Positions 7,856 to 16,086 of a stretch of 32,000 nt of DNA are shown piece after piece (positions within the stretch are counted from its first letter, which is position 1; every line of letters starts with the position of its first letter). The translations under genes and the position numbers were made by a program. The notes below the pieces were generated by a model. That model saw only the letters and a program-made list of their open reading frames with translations. It made no database searches and had not been told where the DNA came from. Origin of the DNA: Mycolicibacterium smegmatis (GTDB lineage Bacteria > Actinomycetota > Actinomycetes > Mycobacteriales > Mycobacteriaceae); the NCBI RefSeq assembly GCF_001457595.1, contig NZ_LN831039.1, positions 4,950,001 through 4,982,000 of the forward strand, in the 5' to 3' direction.

Positions 7856-9122
7856 TGGACACCTCGTAGGGGTCGTACGGATAAGCGGTCAACGGCATCC
7901 AGCCACCCTCGGTGACCACCACGATCTCCTCGCCGCGGTAACCACCCGTGCCGTCCTCCCACACCACGGGTTCGAACACCAGCAGCATGCCGTCGGGGAA
8001 CACGAAGTTGTCGTCCCACTCCTGGCCCAGATCGGTTCCGATCATGGGCATCTCGGCCGCGCTGGTGCCGATGCCGTGGCCCAGGTAGAAGTGCGGCAGC
8101 CACGGTTTCTGCCCACCGGCGGCCTTCGTGGCCGCACGCCCCAGGTCGCCGCACGTGGCACCGGCCTTCGTCACCGACAGCACGGCGTCGACGATCTCAC
8201 GCCACCTGTCGAACTGGCGCTGCTGCGCGGGCGTGGGATCCTGCCCCACTATCCAGGTGCGGCCGTGGTCGGAGCAGTAACCGTGGTAGGCGATCGACAC
8301 GTCGGTCCACAACACGTCGCCGTGGCGCAGTTCGCGTTCGGTGGTCAGCAGCGGCAGCGCGAGATCACCGTGCGTGGTCCACGTGCCGTCGGCGCGCGAG
8401 GCGGGCATGACCTGCCAGATCGAGTCGAACATGTTGGTGGTCGCGCCGAGTTCGAAGGAACGGCGGACGAATTCGGCCGACAGGTCGATCTGGCGCACGC
8501 CGGGTGCCACCGACTTCTGGATGTCGGCGACGGCCTGCTCGGTGATCTGGGTGGCCCGGCGCAGCGCCGAGATCTGGTCCACGGTCTTGACGATCTTGGC
8601 CGCGCCGATGGTCGCCGCCGCGTCGACGGGCGCCTGCGGGAACAGCGCGGTGCCCGCGCGGCGCATCGCGCCGGTGAGTTCGTCGACCGCGATGGTGGCC
8701 CCGGCACGCACCAGGCCGGCCAGGATCTTGCCGAACTGCTCGACGCCCTCGTCGAATTCGAGGTAGACGGGCCCGTGCAGGTGGTCGTCGGGCACCCCTG
8801 ACTCCATGGCCGCACCTTCGCGGAACGGCAGGTACAGGTGCGGGTGCTCGTCGTCGGCGAGGACGACGGCCACGGGTCGTTCGACGTGCGACAGTCCGGC
8901 GTCGGCGAGCGGCCAGCTAATCCCGGTCGCGTACATCACGTTGCTGTTGCCCAGCAGGACGAGCGCGTCGACACCCTGCTCGGACATCGCCGTGTGCAGC
9001 CGCGCCGACACGTCCCGCCGCAACCGCGCGAAGTCCGGTTCGGCCGGGATGTCGAGCCACCTCAGCCCGGTGCGGGCGATCTGGGTGACGCCGCTGTGGG
9101 TGAATGTCGTCGCTGGAGTCAC
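7845..9122 (-). CDS. M24 family metallohydrolase (Xaa-Pro peptidase/creatinase-like) with an intact metal-ligand set
   Basis: The track ORF 7845-9437 is over-extended. GTG 9122 forms a GTGA overlap with the amidohydrolase stop. Ligand motifs: GDVLWTDVSIAYHGYCSDHGRTW (D, D+11), YLGHGIG (H), LLVFEPVVW (E), GYRGEEIVVVT (E). Confidence 0.8.
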   Translation of the reverse strand: MTPATTFTHSGVTQIARTGLRWLDIPAEPDFARLRRDVSARLHTAMSEQGVDALVLLGNSNVMYATGISWPLADAGLSHVERPVAVVLADDEHPHLYLPFREGAAMESGVPDDHLHGPVYLEFDEGVEQFGKILAGLVRAGATIAVDELTGAMRRAGTALFPQAPVDAAATIGAAKIVKTVDQISALRRATQITEQAVADIQKSVAPGVRQIDLSAEFVRRSFELGATTNMFDSIWQVMPASRADGTWTTHGDLALPLLTTERELRHGDVLWTDVSIAYHGYCSDHGRTWIVGQDPTPAQQRQFDRWREIVDAVLSVTKAGATCGDLGRAATKAAGGQKPWLPHFYLGHGIGTSAAEMPMIGTDLGQEWDDNFVFPDGMLLVFEPVVWEDGTGGYRGEEIVVVTEGGWMPLTAYPYDPYEVSSGN

Positions 9123-10291
9123 TGCAGCCCCAGGAACTTCTGGATGTTGGTGCTCACGATCTTCACGGCGTTCTCCGGGCCGACCGCGTCGACCACGGTG
9201 GCCAGCGACTTCTCCGAGTATCCGAACGTGGACTCGTTGTGCGGGTAGTCGCTTGACCACATGACGTTGTCGACGCCGATGTCGTCGATGAGCCGCAGGC
9301 CCAGCGGGTCGACCATGAACGACGCACACATGTGCTTGTCCCAGTAGTGCCGGATGTCGTGCTGCAGTTCGTGGTTGAACATGTGCCGGTAGGAGGCCAA
9401 CATGTGCTCGGCGTCCTGCAGTGCCGTGGGCACCCACGCGATGCCGCCTTCGAACCAGCCGATCTTGAGCTCGGGATGGCGGTCGAGGATGCCGGAGAAC
9501 ACGTACTTGGCGAACTGCTCGCGGAACGAGTCGACGTTGACCATCATGCCCACCACGACGCTGTTGTTCTCACACGGCGTTTTGGGTGGGGTCTCCCCGA
9601 TGTGATGGCTGACCGGGATGCCCGACGCCTCGATCTCGTCCCACACGGCATCCATCGCGGTGCTGCCGTAGTCGTAGATGTTGCCCTCGTCGTCCTTACC
9701 GGGATTCAGCGGAAGCAAAAACGTCCGCAGGCCAAGGGATTTGAGCTGCTCGAGCGTGCTGCGCGTACCCGACGGATCCCACCAGTTGATCAGGCCGACG
9801 CCGTAGAAGTGGCCCTTGGACTCCTCCTGCAGGGCCGCGATGTGCTCGTTGTAGATGCGGAACACGCGCTCGCGGATGGCCTTGTCCGGGTAATGGAACA
9901 AGGCGAGTACAGCATTCGGGAACGCGAGTTCCTTGTCGATGCCGTCCTCTTTGAGTTCCCGCACGCGCGCGCTGATGTTGTTGGACGCGGCGCCGGCCAG
10001 ATCGTCGTACTGCATGAGCACGCGGCCGAAGTCACCTCCGGTCCACGCCTTGCCCTTCATGCCGACCATGTACGCGCCGTCCTCGTACCAGATGCGCGGC
10101 GCGGCGCCTTTGAGTTCCTCGGGGAACCGGTCGTAGAAGATGTCGTCGGCAACCGAGATGTGGTTGTCGGCCGAGAAGACCTCGGTGCCCTTGGGGAGGC
10201 TGGACAGTCCGTCCGGCGACGCGTGGCCTCTGCGGTGTTTGGGAGCGCCGAAACCTTCGGGCGGATAGAGGGTTTGAGTGGCGACGGACAT
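9119..10291 (-). CDS. Amidohydrolase_2 (ACMSD/LigW/LigI-type) family protein
   Basis: 390-aa ORF. The N-terminal FSADNHIS sits where the family's metal-binding motif lies. The C-terminal VMWSSDYPHNES is typical of the family. A GGAG SD lies 9 nt upstream of ATG 10291. Confidence 0.75.
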   Translation of the reverse strand: MSVATQTLYPPEGFGAPKHRRGHASPDGLSSLPKGTEVFSADNHISVADDIFYDRFPEELKGAAPRIWYEDGAYMVGMKGKAWTGGDFGRVLMQYDDLAGAASNNISARVRELKEDGIDKELAFPNAVLALFHYPDKAIRERVFRIYNEHIAALQEESKGHFYGVGLINWWDPSGTRSTLEQLKSLGLRTFLLPLNPGKDDEGNIYDYGSTAMDAVWDEIEASGIPVSHHIGETPPKTPCENNSVVVGMMVNVDSFREQFAKYVFSGILDRHPELKIGWFEGGIAWVPTALQDAEHMLASYRHMFNHELQHDIRHYWDKHMCASFMVDPLGLRLIDDIGVDNVMWSSDYPHNESTFGYSEKSLATVVDAVGPENAVKIVSTNIQKFLGLQ

Positions 10292-10330
10292 CAGGGTGAC
10301 TCCAATCTGACTGGTGGGAGGCGTCGCGGA

Positions 10331-11563
10331 TCACCAGGCGACGGGAAGTTCGTACACGCCGTAGGCGAGCCGGTCGTGCTTGAACGGCACTTCCTCGAGC
10401 GGGATCGCCAGGCGCAGCGTCGGGATGCGGCGCAGCAGGGTGTGGAACACGATCTGCAGTTCGGCGCGCGCGAGCTGCTGGCCCACGCACTGGTGCCTGC
10501 CGTAACCGAAGCCGAGCTGCTGCCCGGCGTCGCGGGTCAGGTCCAGCTTGTCGGGCTCGGGGAACGCCTTGGCATCCCAGTTGGCCGGCACCAGGTCGAT
10601 GATGATGCCCTCGCCGGCCTTGATGGTCTCGCCGCCGATCTCGATGTCCTCGACCGCCACGCGGCGCTGCCCGGTCTGGATGATCGACAGGTAGCGCATG
10701 AGTTCCTCGACCGCGTTGGCGATCACCTTCGGATCCTCGGCATTGCGCAGGAAGTCGGCCTGTTCGGGATTTTCCAGCAGCGCGAGGATGCCGATGCCGA
10801 TCATGTTGGCCGTGGTCTCGTGCCCGGCGATCAGCAGGCCCGTGCCCAGCTGGGCGGCCTCCTTGACGCTGAGTTCACCGGCCGTGACGCGCTCGGCCAG
10901 ATCGGATACGGCGTCCTCGGCGGGCTCGGCCTGCTTCTTCTCGATCAGGTCGATCAGATACTGGTGCAGGCTCATCGCGCCCTTCTGCATGGCATCCGCG
11001 GCGGCGTAGCGGGCCAGGCCTGCGTTGGCGTGCTCCTGGAAGAACTCGTGGTCCTCGTATGGGACGCCGAGCATCTCGCTGATCACGACCGTGGGCACCG
11101 GCAGCGCGAGCTTGTCGACGATGTCCGCCGGCTGCGGTCCGGCGAGGATCGCGTCGATGCACTCGTCGGTGATCTTCTGGATGGCCGGACGCAGTCCCTC
11201 GACGCGCCGGAACGTGAACGGCTTGGACAGCATCCGGCGAAACCGGGTGTGCTCCTCGGCATCCGAGGTGAACACCGACCGCGGCCGCTTGTGCACCGTG
11301 GCCAGCATGTGCTCGTTCCAGTGTGGGAAGCCCGGACGACGGTCGTCCACGCTCACCCGGGAGTCGGCGAACAACGCCCGGGCCTCCTCGTGGCCGGTGA
11401 TGAGCCACGGCGTGCTGCCGTCCCAGATCCGCACGCGGGACAGGCCTTTGGCCTTGTTCATGTCCAGCATCTGTGGCGGCGGCGCGAACGGGCACGCGGC
11501 CGCGCGCTCCATGGGGTATCCGGGGATGTCGGTAGCGCTGGGCTGCGTCAGGGTCTCGGACAT
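10331..11563 (-). CDS. Cytochrome P450 (class I, bacterial)
   Basis: The track ORF 10331-11872 is over-extended. ATG 11563 (MSETLTQPS...) has an AGAGGAA SD. Motifs: I-helix AGHETT, ExxR (VEELMRY), and heme-thiolate loop FGYGRHQCVGQQLA. Confidence 0.9.
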   Translation of the reverse strand: MSETLTQPSATDIPGYPMERAAACPFAPPPQMLDMNKAKGLSRVRIWDGSTPWLITGHEEARALFADSRVSVDDRRPGFPHWNEHMLATVHKRPRSVFTSDAEEHTRFRRMLSKPFTFRRVEGLRPAIQKITDECIDAILAGPQPADIVDKLALPVPTVVISEMLGVPYEDHEFFQEHANAGLARYAAADAMQKGAMSLHQYLIDLIEKKQAEPAEDAVSDLAERVTAGELSVKEAAQLGTGLLIAGHETTANMIGIGILALLENPEQADFLRNAEDPKVIANAVEELMRYLSIIQTGQRRVAVEDIEIGGETIKAGEGIIIDLVPANWDAKAFPEPDKLDLTRDAGQQLGFGYGRHQCVGQQLARAELQIVFHTLLRRIPTLRLAIPLEEVPFKHDRLAYGVYELPVAW

Positions 11564-11595
11564 GTGTCGGTGTGTTCCTCTGGGATCGGTCTGTG

Positions 11596-11790
11596 TCAGT
11601 CGTGGATCTCGATGGCCAGGGCCGGGCAGGCCGCCGCTGCGCGACGCGCGTTGTCCTCCTGGTCGGGGTCGGGGCTGTCGTCGAGCAGCTCCACGACGCC
11701 GTCGTCGTCGCGCTGGTCGAACACCTCGCCCGCGTTGAGCACGCACTGTCCCGACGAGACGCACCTGTCCTGGTCGACGGAAACCTTCAC
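11596..11790 (-). CDS. Small [3Fe-4S]-type ferredoxin; presumptive P450 redox partner
   Basis: 64 aa. Contains CVSSGQC...CP(ALAI), the CxxGxC...CP pattern of actinobacterial single-cluster ferredoxins. A GGAGGAG SD precedes the GTG start. The gene is 32 nt upstream of the P450. Confidence 0.85.
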   Translation of the reverse strand: MKVSVDQDRCVSSGQCVLNAGEVFDQRDDDGVVELLDDSPDPDQEDNARRAAAACPALAIEIHD

Positions 11791-11793
11791 TGC

Positions 11794-12486
11794 TTACTCG
11801 TCTCCTCCGGTGACCGGCGCCAACCACAGGCCCACGATCGCGTCGATCAGGCCCGACGCCGCGCCCTGCCATGACGAACGCGCAACGGGTGCACTCTGGG
11901 CGAGGGCGCGTTCGCGGTCGGCGCAGCTGTGCATCAACAGGTTGCGCGCCATGATGTTTCGTTCGGCCCGGATCTCGGCGGGCAGCTCCGGCAGGCAGCT
12001 GTTCATTCCCTCGACGACCTGCACCAGCGACGGCGAGCTGAGGGCGTCACGCACCACGATGTCGTGGTAGGCCGGGTCGGTCATCACCTGCGCCGCGAAC
12101 CGCGCGTACCAGGTCGGGTTGCCAAGTGCGGCAAGGTGATCGGTCAGCGGGCGTACGAGGCAGCCGACCCAGCCACGCAGGTCGGTCGAGCCCTGCACCG
12201 AGTCGATCATCTGCTCACGCAGGTATTCGATCGGGCCGCGGTGCTTGTGCTCGATCGCGCGCACCAGGTCGGTCTTGGTGCCGAAGTGGTATCCCACCGC
12301 GGCGTTGTTGCCCTGCCCGGCAGCCTCGCTGACCTGGCGGTTGGACACCGCGAACACGCCGTGTTCGGCATAGAGCCGTTCGGCGGCCTTGAGGATGGCC
12401 TCTTGTGTGCTGCTGGCCCGGTCGGCCCGAGCCGACCGACTCGCTGTCCGGCTGGCTGTGGTCACCAGTCCAGTGAACCGGGTCAC
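11794..12486 (-). CDS. TetR/AcrR family transcriptional regulator; first gene of the P450 operon
   Basis: The HTH region is QEAILKAAERLYAEHGVFAVSNRQVSEAAGQGNNAAVGYHFGTKTDLVRAI. GTG start at 12486. The stop is 3 nt before the ferredoxin start. Confidence 0.85.
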   Translation of the reverse strand: MTRFTGLVTTASRTASRSARADRASSTQEAILKAAERLYAEHGVFAVSNRQVSEAAGQGNNAAVGYHFGTKTDLVRAIEHKHRGPIEYLREQMIDSVQGSTDLRGWVGCLVRPLTDHLAALGNPTWYARFAAQVMTDPAYHDIVVRDALSSPSLVQVVEGMNSCLPELPAEIRAERNIMARNLLMHSCADRERALAQSAPVARSSWQGAASGLIDAIVGLWLAPVTGGDE

Positions 12487-12493
12487 ATGCTTT

Positions 12494-12511
12494 AAGTCAA
12501 GCGATTGAATT
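12494..12511. promoter_or_regulatory. Imperfect 18-bp palindrome AAGTCAAGCGATTGAATT (14/18 self-complementary); candidate operator of the adjacent TetR
   Basis: Read from the sequence. It begins 8 nt upstream of the tetR GTG in the 110-bp gap between two co-directional operons. The core is TCAA-N4-TTGA. Confidence 0.35.
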
Positions 12512-12596
12512 ATCTGAGCCCCCTTTCAAGCCCGCCGGCACTACGGTTGTTGGCGGCAAAACGGCGTTTGCGCGCCAAGATGCGTAGTCTCGGCGG

Positions 12597-13403
12597 TCAG
12601 TTCTTCTCTTTGCGGACGATCACCTTTCCCGCCACCGTCCCACCGTCGATGGGCAGGACCGTGCCGGTGACGTAGCGCGACCGGTCGGTGGCGAAGTACA
12701 GCGCGGCCTCGGCGACATCCTCGACCGTGCCTTCGCGTTTGAGCGGCCGGTCGGCCCGCATCTGGGCCCGGATGTTGGCCTCGAACTCCTCGATGCGTTG
12801 CCGGTCCTCCTCCGACGCGGATTTCGCCACGATCGCCGTGCGGATGTTGCCGGGTGCGATCGCGTTGACCCGGATCTCGTGATGCGCGAGCTCGATCGCG
12901 GCCGACTTGGTGAACTGGATGACCGCGGCCTTGGAGGCGCGGTAGGTCATCACGCCGCCGCCGGCCTGGATACCGCCGATCGAGGTGAGGTTGAGGATCG
13001 AACCGCCCCCGTTCTCGGCCATGTATCGGGCCGCCTCCCGCGTGCCCGCCATGACACCCAGCACGTTGACGCCCATGACCTTGTGGAAGTCGGCCAGGTC
13101 GTCGTCGAGGAAACGCCGGTGCATGGTGCCCGAGACGCCGGCGTTGTTGACCATGACGTGCAGTCCGCCGAAGCGTTCGACGCCGGCCGACACCAGCGCG
13201 GCGACCTGCTCCTGGTCTGCCACGTCGGTCGTGAGGAATTCGGTGTGCGCGCCGAGTTCCTCGGCGAGTGCGGTGCCGCGGTCCTTGTCGACGTCGCCGA
13301 TCATCACCTGCGCTCCCTCGGCGACGAACCGGCGGACCAGTCCCTCACCGAGCCCGGATGCGCCTCCGGTGACAACCGCCACCCGCCCGGCCAATTCGCT
13401 CAT
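12597..13403 (-). CDS. Classical SDR family oxidoreductase
   Basis: The track ORF 12597-13676 is over-extended. ATG 13403 (MSELAGRVAVVTGGASGLGEG) forms an ATGA overlap with the upstream stop. NNAG and YRASK are present. Confidence 0.85.
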   Translation of the reverse strand: MSELAGRVAVVTGGASGLGEGLVRRFVAEGAQVMIGDVDKDRGTALAEELGAHTEFLTTDVADQEQVAALVSAGVERFGGLHVMVNNAGVSGTMHRRFLDDDLADFHKVMGVNVLGVMAGTREAARYMAENGGGSILNLTSIGGIQAGGGVMTYRASKAAVIQFTKSAAIELAHHEIRVNAIAPGNIRTAIVAKSASEEDRQRIEEFEANIRAQMRADRPLKREGTVEDVAEAALYFATDRSRYVTGTVLPIDGGTVAGKVIVRKEKN

Positions 13404-14251
13404 GACACCTCTTTCAGGAAGTCCGACAGCAACCGGTTCACGGTGTCCGGTTGCTCGATCTGTGGGCAGTGCCCCGCGTCGGCGACGACGGTGCTTGTGG
13501 CTCCGCTGATCTGGGCCGCGATCTGTGCGGCCCACCCCGACGGCAGCAGCTTGTCCCGCTCCCCCTCGACGATCAGCACAGGTACGCCGATGCGCTCGTA
13601 GGCGCGGGCACTCGACGGCGCGGCGGGCGGTTCCAGACCCGGCCGACGGAACCTGGCCGCAGCCAGTGCCTCCCACGCTCCCGGCGCGATGCTCGACTCG
13701 TAGCGTCGGCGCACGTAGTCCTCGTCGGCCGGGTACGACGGATCGGCGAACAGCGCCGCCACGATGCGCCGCATGCCCTCCAAGGTCGCGTCGTAGTCGT
13801 ACAACGCAGCCATGTGCTCGTTGCGCTGGATCTCGCCGCCACCACAGATCGCCACGAGCGAGCGCACCGGCAGCAGTGGCGCATCCGAGGTGGTGTCGAC
13901 CAGCAGGTTGATCGCGCCCATCGAGTTGCCCACGAAATGCGCCGATTTCACGCCCATTTGGGCACAGAACCGCGCGATGTGCCGGATCCGCATGCCGCGG
14001 CCGTCGGTGAAGTCGACGACCTTGGCGCTGCCGCCGAACCCCAGCATGTCCGGGGCCAGCACGTGGTGGTCGGTAGCGAGCGCACCGATGGTGCGTTCCC
14101 AGCCGAGCTCGGCGCTGACCCCGAACTCGCCGCCGTGCAGCAGCACCACCGCATCACGTGCCGGGTCCCCGGCCTCCAGGTAGGCGGTGGTCAACCCGTC
14201 GACGACGATGGTCTTACGTTCGAAGTCCACAGCCACATCTGGCTCGTTCAC
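13400..14251 (-). CDS. Alpha/beta hydrolase, meta-cleavage-product (C-C bond) hydrolase-like (BphD/HsaD/MhpC type)
   Basis: The track ORF 13400-14866 is over-extended. GTG 14251 forms a GTGA overlap with the cyclase stop. Motifs: VVLLHGGEFG, nucleophile elbow GNSMGA, and C-terminal GHCPQIEQP. Confidence 0.8.
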   Translation of the reverse strand: MNEPDVAVDFERKTIVVDGLTTAYLEAGDPARDAVVLLHGGEFGVSAELGWERTIGALATDHHVLAPDMLGFGGSAKVVDFTDGRGMRIRHIARFCAQMGVKSAHFVGNSMGAINLLVDTTSDAPLLPVRSLVAICGGGEIQRNEHMAALYDYDATLEGMRRIVAALFADPSYPADEDYVRRRYESSIAPGAWEALAAARFRRPGLEPPAAPSSARAYERIGVPVLIVEGERDKLLPSGWAAQIAAQISGATSTVVADAGHCPQIEQPDTVNRLLSDFLKEVS

Positions 14252-15246
14252 TTGATCGCGATCGGGTTGACCGGTGACCCCACGGCCCCGGTGACCCGCA
14301 ACGGCGGTGCGATGAGCTGGAATTCGTACACACCGTCGGCGGCGCAGTCGGCCGACAGCGCGGTGAGATCCCAGTACTCGCCGAGCATCAGGCCCATGTC
14401 GCGCAGGCACAGCATGTGCATCGGCAAGAACGTGCCCTCCACACCCGATGCCGGGTCGGGATCCTCGACCATGAGGTTGTCGGCGGCCACGGCCGCGACC
14501 TCGTGATCGTGCAGCCATGAGGCACACCGCCAGTCCAGACCGGATCCGGGTTCGGCCCCGTCGCCGGCGGACAGGAACCGTGTCCACCATCCGGTGTGCA
14601 CGACGACGATGTCCCCGCGCCTGATTTGCACGCCCTGTGCCGCGGCCACGGCGTCGAGTTCCTGTGGCGTGACGGGGTTTCCGGGTTCGAGGAACACCTC
14701 GGCGCCGCGGTGGCGCACGACGTCGAGCAGAACACCGCGGCTCGTGATGCCCTTGACGTCGACCTTGTCGATGCTGCAGTGGAACGCGCCGAAACTCGTG
14801 ACCGAATCGGCCGGGAAGCCGTTGTACAACCGGTCCTCGTAGTAGACGTGCGACAGCGCATCCCACTGCGTGGCCGCCTGCAACGGCATCACGATCATGT
14901 CGTCGTTGAACCGGAACGGGTTGTCCACGAAGAACTCACTGACCTGGTGCGCCACCGAGTTCAGCAACCACTGCGGCCCGTATTTGGTCAGGGTCGCGGC
15001 GTCGCCGCCGTCGACGGTCATCACGTGGGTGGGGTTCTGCCGGAACTGGAACGCGCCCTGCGGGCCCGCCGAGCCGAAGTCGGCACCGAGGGCGAACACC
15101 TTGCCCTGTTTCACCAGGGACGCGGCCTCGGCGACCTTGTCGGCCGTGATGAAGTTCAGCGTCCCCAGTTCGTCGGCCTCGCCCCACCGTCCCCAGTTGC
15201 AGACGTCGTGGGCGACGCGGCGGAAGTCCGTCATACTCGCGGGCAT
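14248..15246 (-). CDS. Cyclase family protein (kynurenine formamidase-like fold)
   Basis: 332 aa. The N-terminal CNWGRWGEADELGTLNFIT and the core ATQWDALSHVYY align by eye with the family H-x-G-T-H-x-D-x-P-x-H region. The ATG directly abuts the upstream stop (TGAATG). Confidence 0.7.
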   Translation of the reverse strand: MPASMTDFRRVAHDVCNWGRWGEADELGTLNFITADKVAEAASLVKQGKVFALGADFGSAGPQGAFQFRQNPTHVMTVDGGDAATLTKYGPQWLLNSVAHQVSEFFVDNPFRFNDDMIVMPLQAATQWDALSHVYYEDRLYNGFPADSVTSFGAFHCSIDKVDVKGITSRGVLLDVVRHRGAEVFLEPGNPVTPQELDAVAAAQGVQIRRGDIVVVHTGWWTRFLSAGDGAEPGSGLDWRCASWLHDHEVAAVAADNLMVEDPDPASGVEGTFLPMHMLCLRDMGLMLGEYWDLTALSADCAADGVYEFQLIAPPLRVTGAVGSPVNPIAIK

Positions 15247-16083
15247 TCAGCTCTCCTGTGTGGCTCGGGTGGACTCGATCAGGGCGGTCTCGCGCTGGGC
15301 GATGATGCCGCCGTCGGCCCAGATCACCTGTCCGGTCACGTAACTGGCTGCCGCGCTGCCCAAAAACACCAGCAGCGCGGCCTGTTCGTCGGGCTCGGAG
15401 TTGCGGCCGAGCGGCGTGGTGAACGAGTCGAGGTACTGCTGGCCGTACGCCGAGCGCAGCTGATCGAGGATCGGCGTGTCCGTCACCCCCGGCCCGGTGC
15501 AGTTGACGCGGATCCCGCGGGCGCCGAGTTCTACGGCCTTCGACATGCCGTAGAGGATGATCGCCTCTTTCGACAGCCGGTAGCCGCCGTCGGCGAGCGC
15601 GTCGGGGTTCTCGGCGCACCACCGCAGTCCCTCGTCCACCGACCCGGTGCTGACCAGACCCGCTATCACCGCGCGGTTCTCGCGGTACGACGACGCGGCC
15701 AACGACGACACCGACGTGATCGACCCGCCGACGGCGATGCGGTCCACGAGTGCCTCGGTGAACTGGCGGGTGCCCAGGAAGTTGATCCGGACCACGAGCA
15801 GCGGGTTGCCGATGCCCGAGGACACCCCGGCCACGTTGAACAGCGCGTGCACCGGCCCGTCGATCGCGGCCGCGGCTGCGTCCACGGAGTCCGGGTCGGC
15901 GAGGTCCATTTCGCAGAACGCGTCCGGCCCGGCGCCGGAATCCGGCGCGCGCAGGTCCAGCCCGGTGACGCGCGCACCGAGGCAGCGGAGTTGATCGGTC
16001 ACCTTCGCGCCGATCCCCGAGGAACAGCCCGTGACGACGACGTGCCTACCGTCGTAGCGCACCAGCGCGTCGAGTGCGGCCAC
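15247..16083 (-). CDS. SDR, 3-alpha-hydroxysteroid dehydrogenase/carbonyl reductase (HsdA)-like
   Basis: HVVVTGCSSGIGAKV, NVAGVS, INFLGT, GYRLSKEAI, GIRVNCTGPGVTDTPIL and PLGRNSEPDEQAALLVFLGSAAASYVTGQVIWADGG parallel the Comamonas 3alpha-HSD/CR sequence as I recall it. GTG start, 3 nt after the LLM stop. Confidence 0.75.
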   Translation of the reverse strand: MAALDALVRYDGRHVVVTGCSSGIGAKVTDQLRCLGARVTGLDLRAPDSGAGPDAFCEMDLADPDSVDAAAAAIDGPVHALFNVAGVSSGIGNPLLVVRINFLGTRQFTEALVDRIAVGGSITSVSSLAASSYRENRAVIAGLVSTGSVDEGLRWCAENPDALADGGYRLSKEAIILYGMSKAVELGARGIRVNCTGPGVTDTPILDQLRSAYGQQYLDSFTTPLGRNSEPDEQAALLVFLGSAAASYVTGQVIWADGGIIAQRETALIESTRATQES

Positions 16084-16086
16084 CGC

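Noticed and set aside
9332-12070. 912-aa plus-strand ORF, the longest in the track apart from the 1007-aa one
   Set aside because: It is antisense to four well-supported minus-strand genes (amidohydrolase, P450, ferredoxin, TetR) and runs straight through their intergenic gaps. The translation is R/G/A/V/D/L-rich with no recognisable motif. This is the typical stop-codon-poor antisense frame of GC-rich DNA.
12540-12596. Intrinsic terminator after the SDR at 12597 (minus-strand GGCG-CGCAAA-CGCC followed by GTTTTG)
   Set aside because: The stem is only 4 bp and the U-tract is short and interrupted. That is too weak to call without fold energies or 3'-end data.
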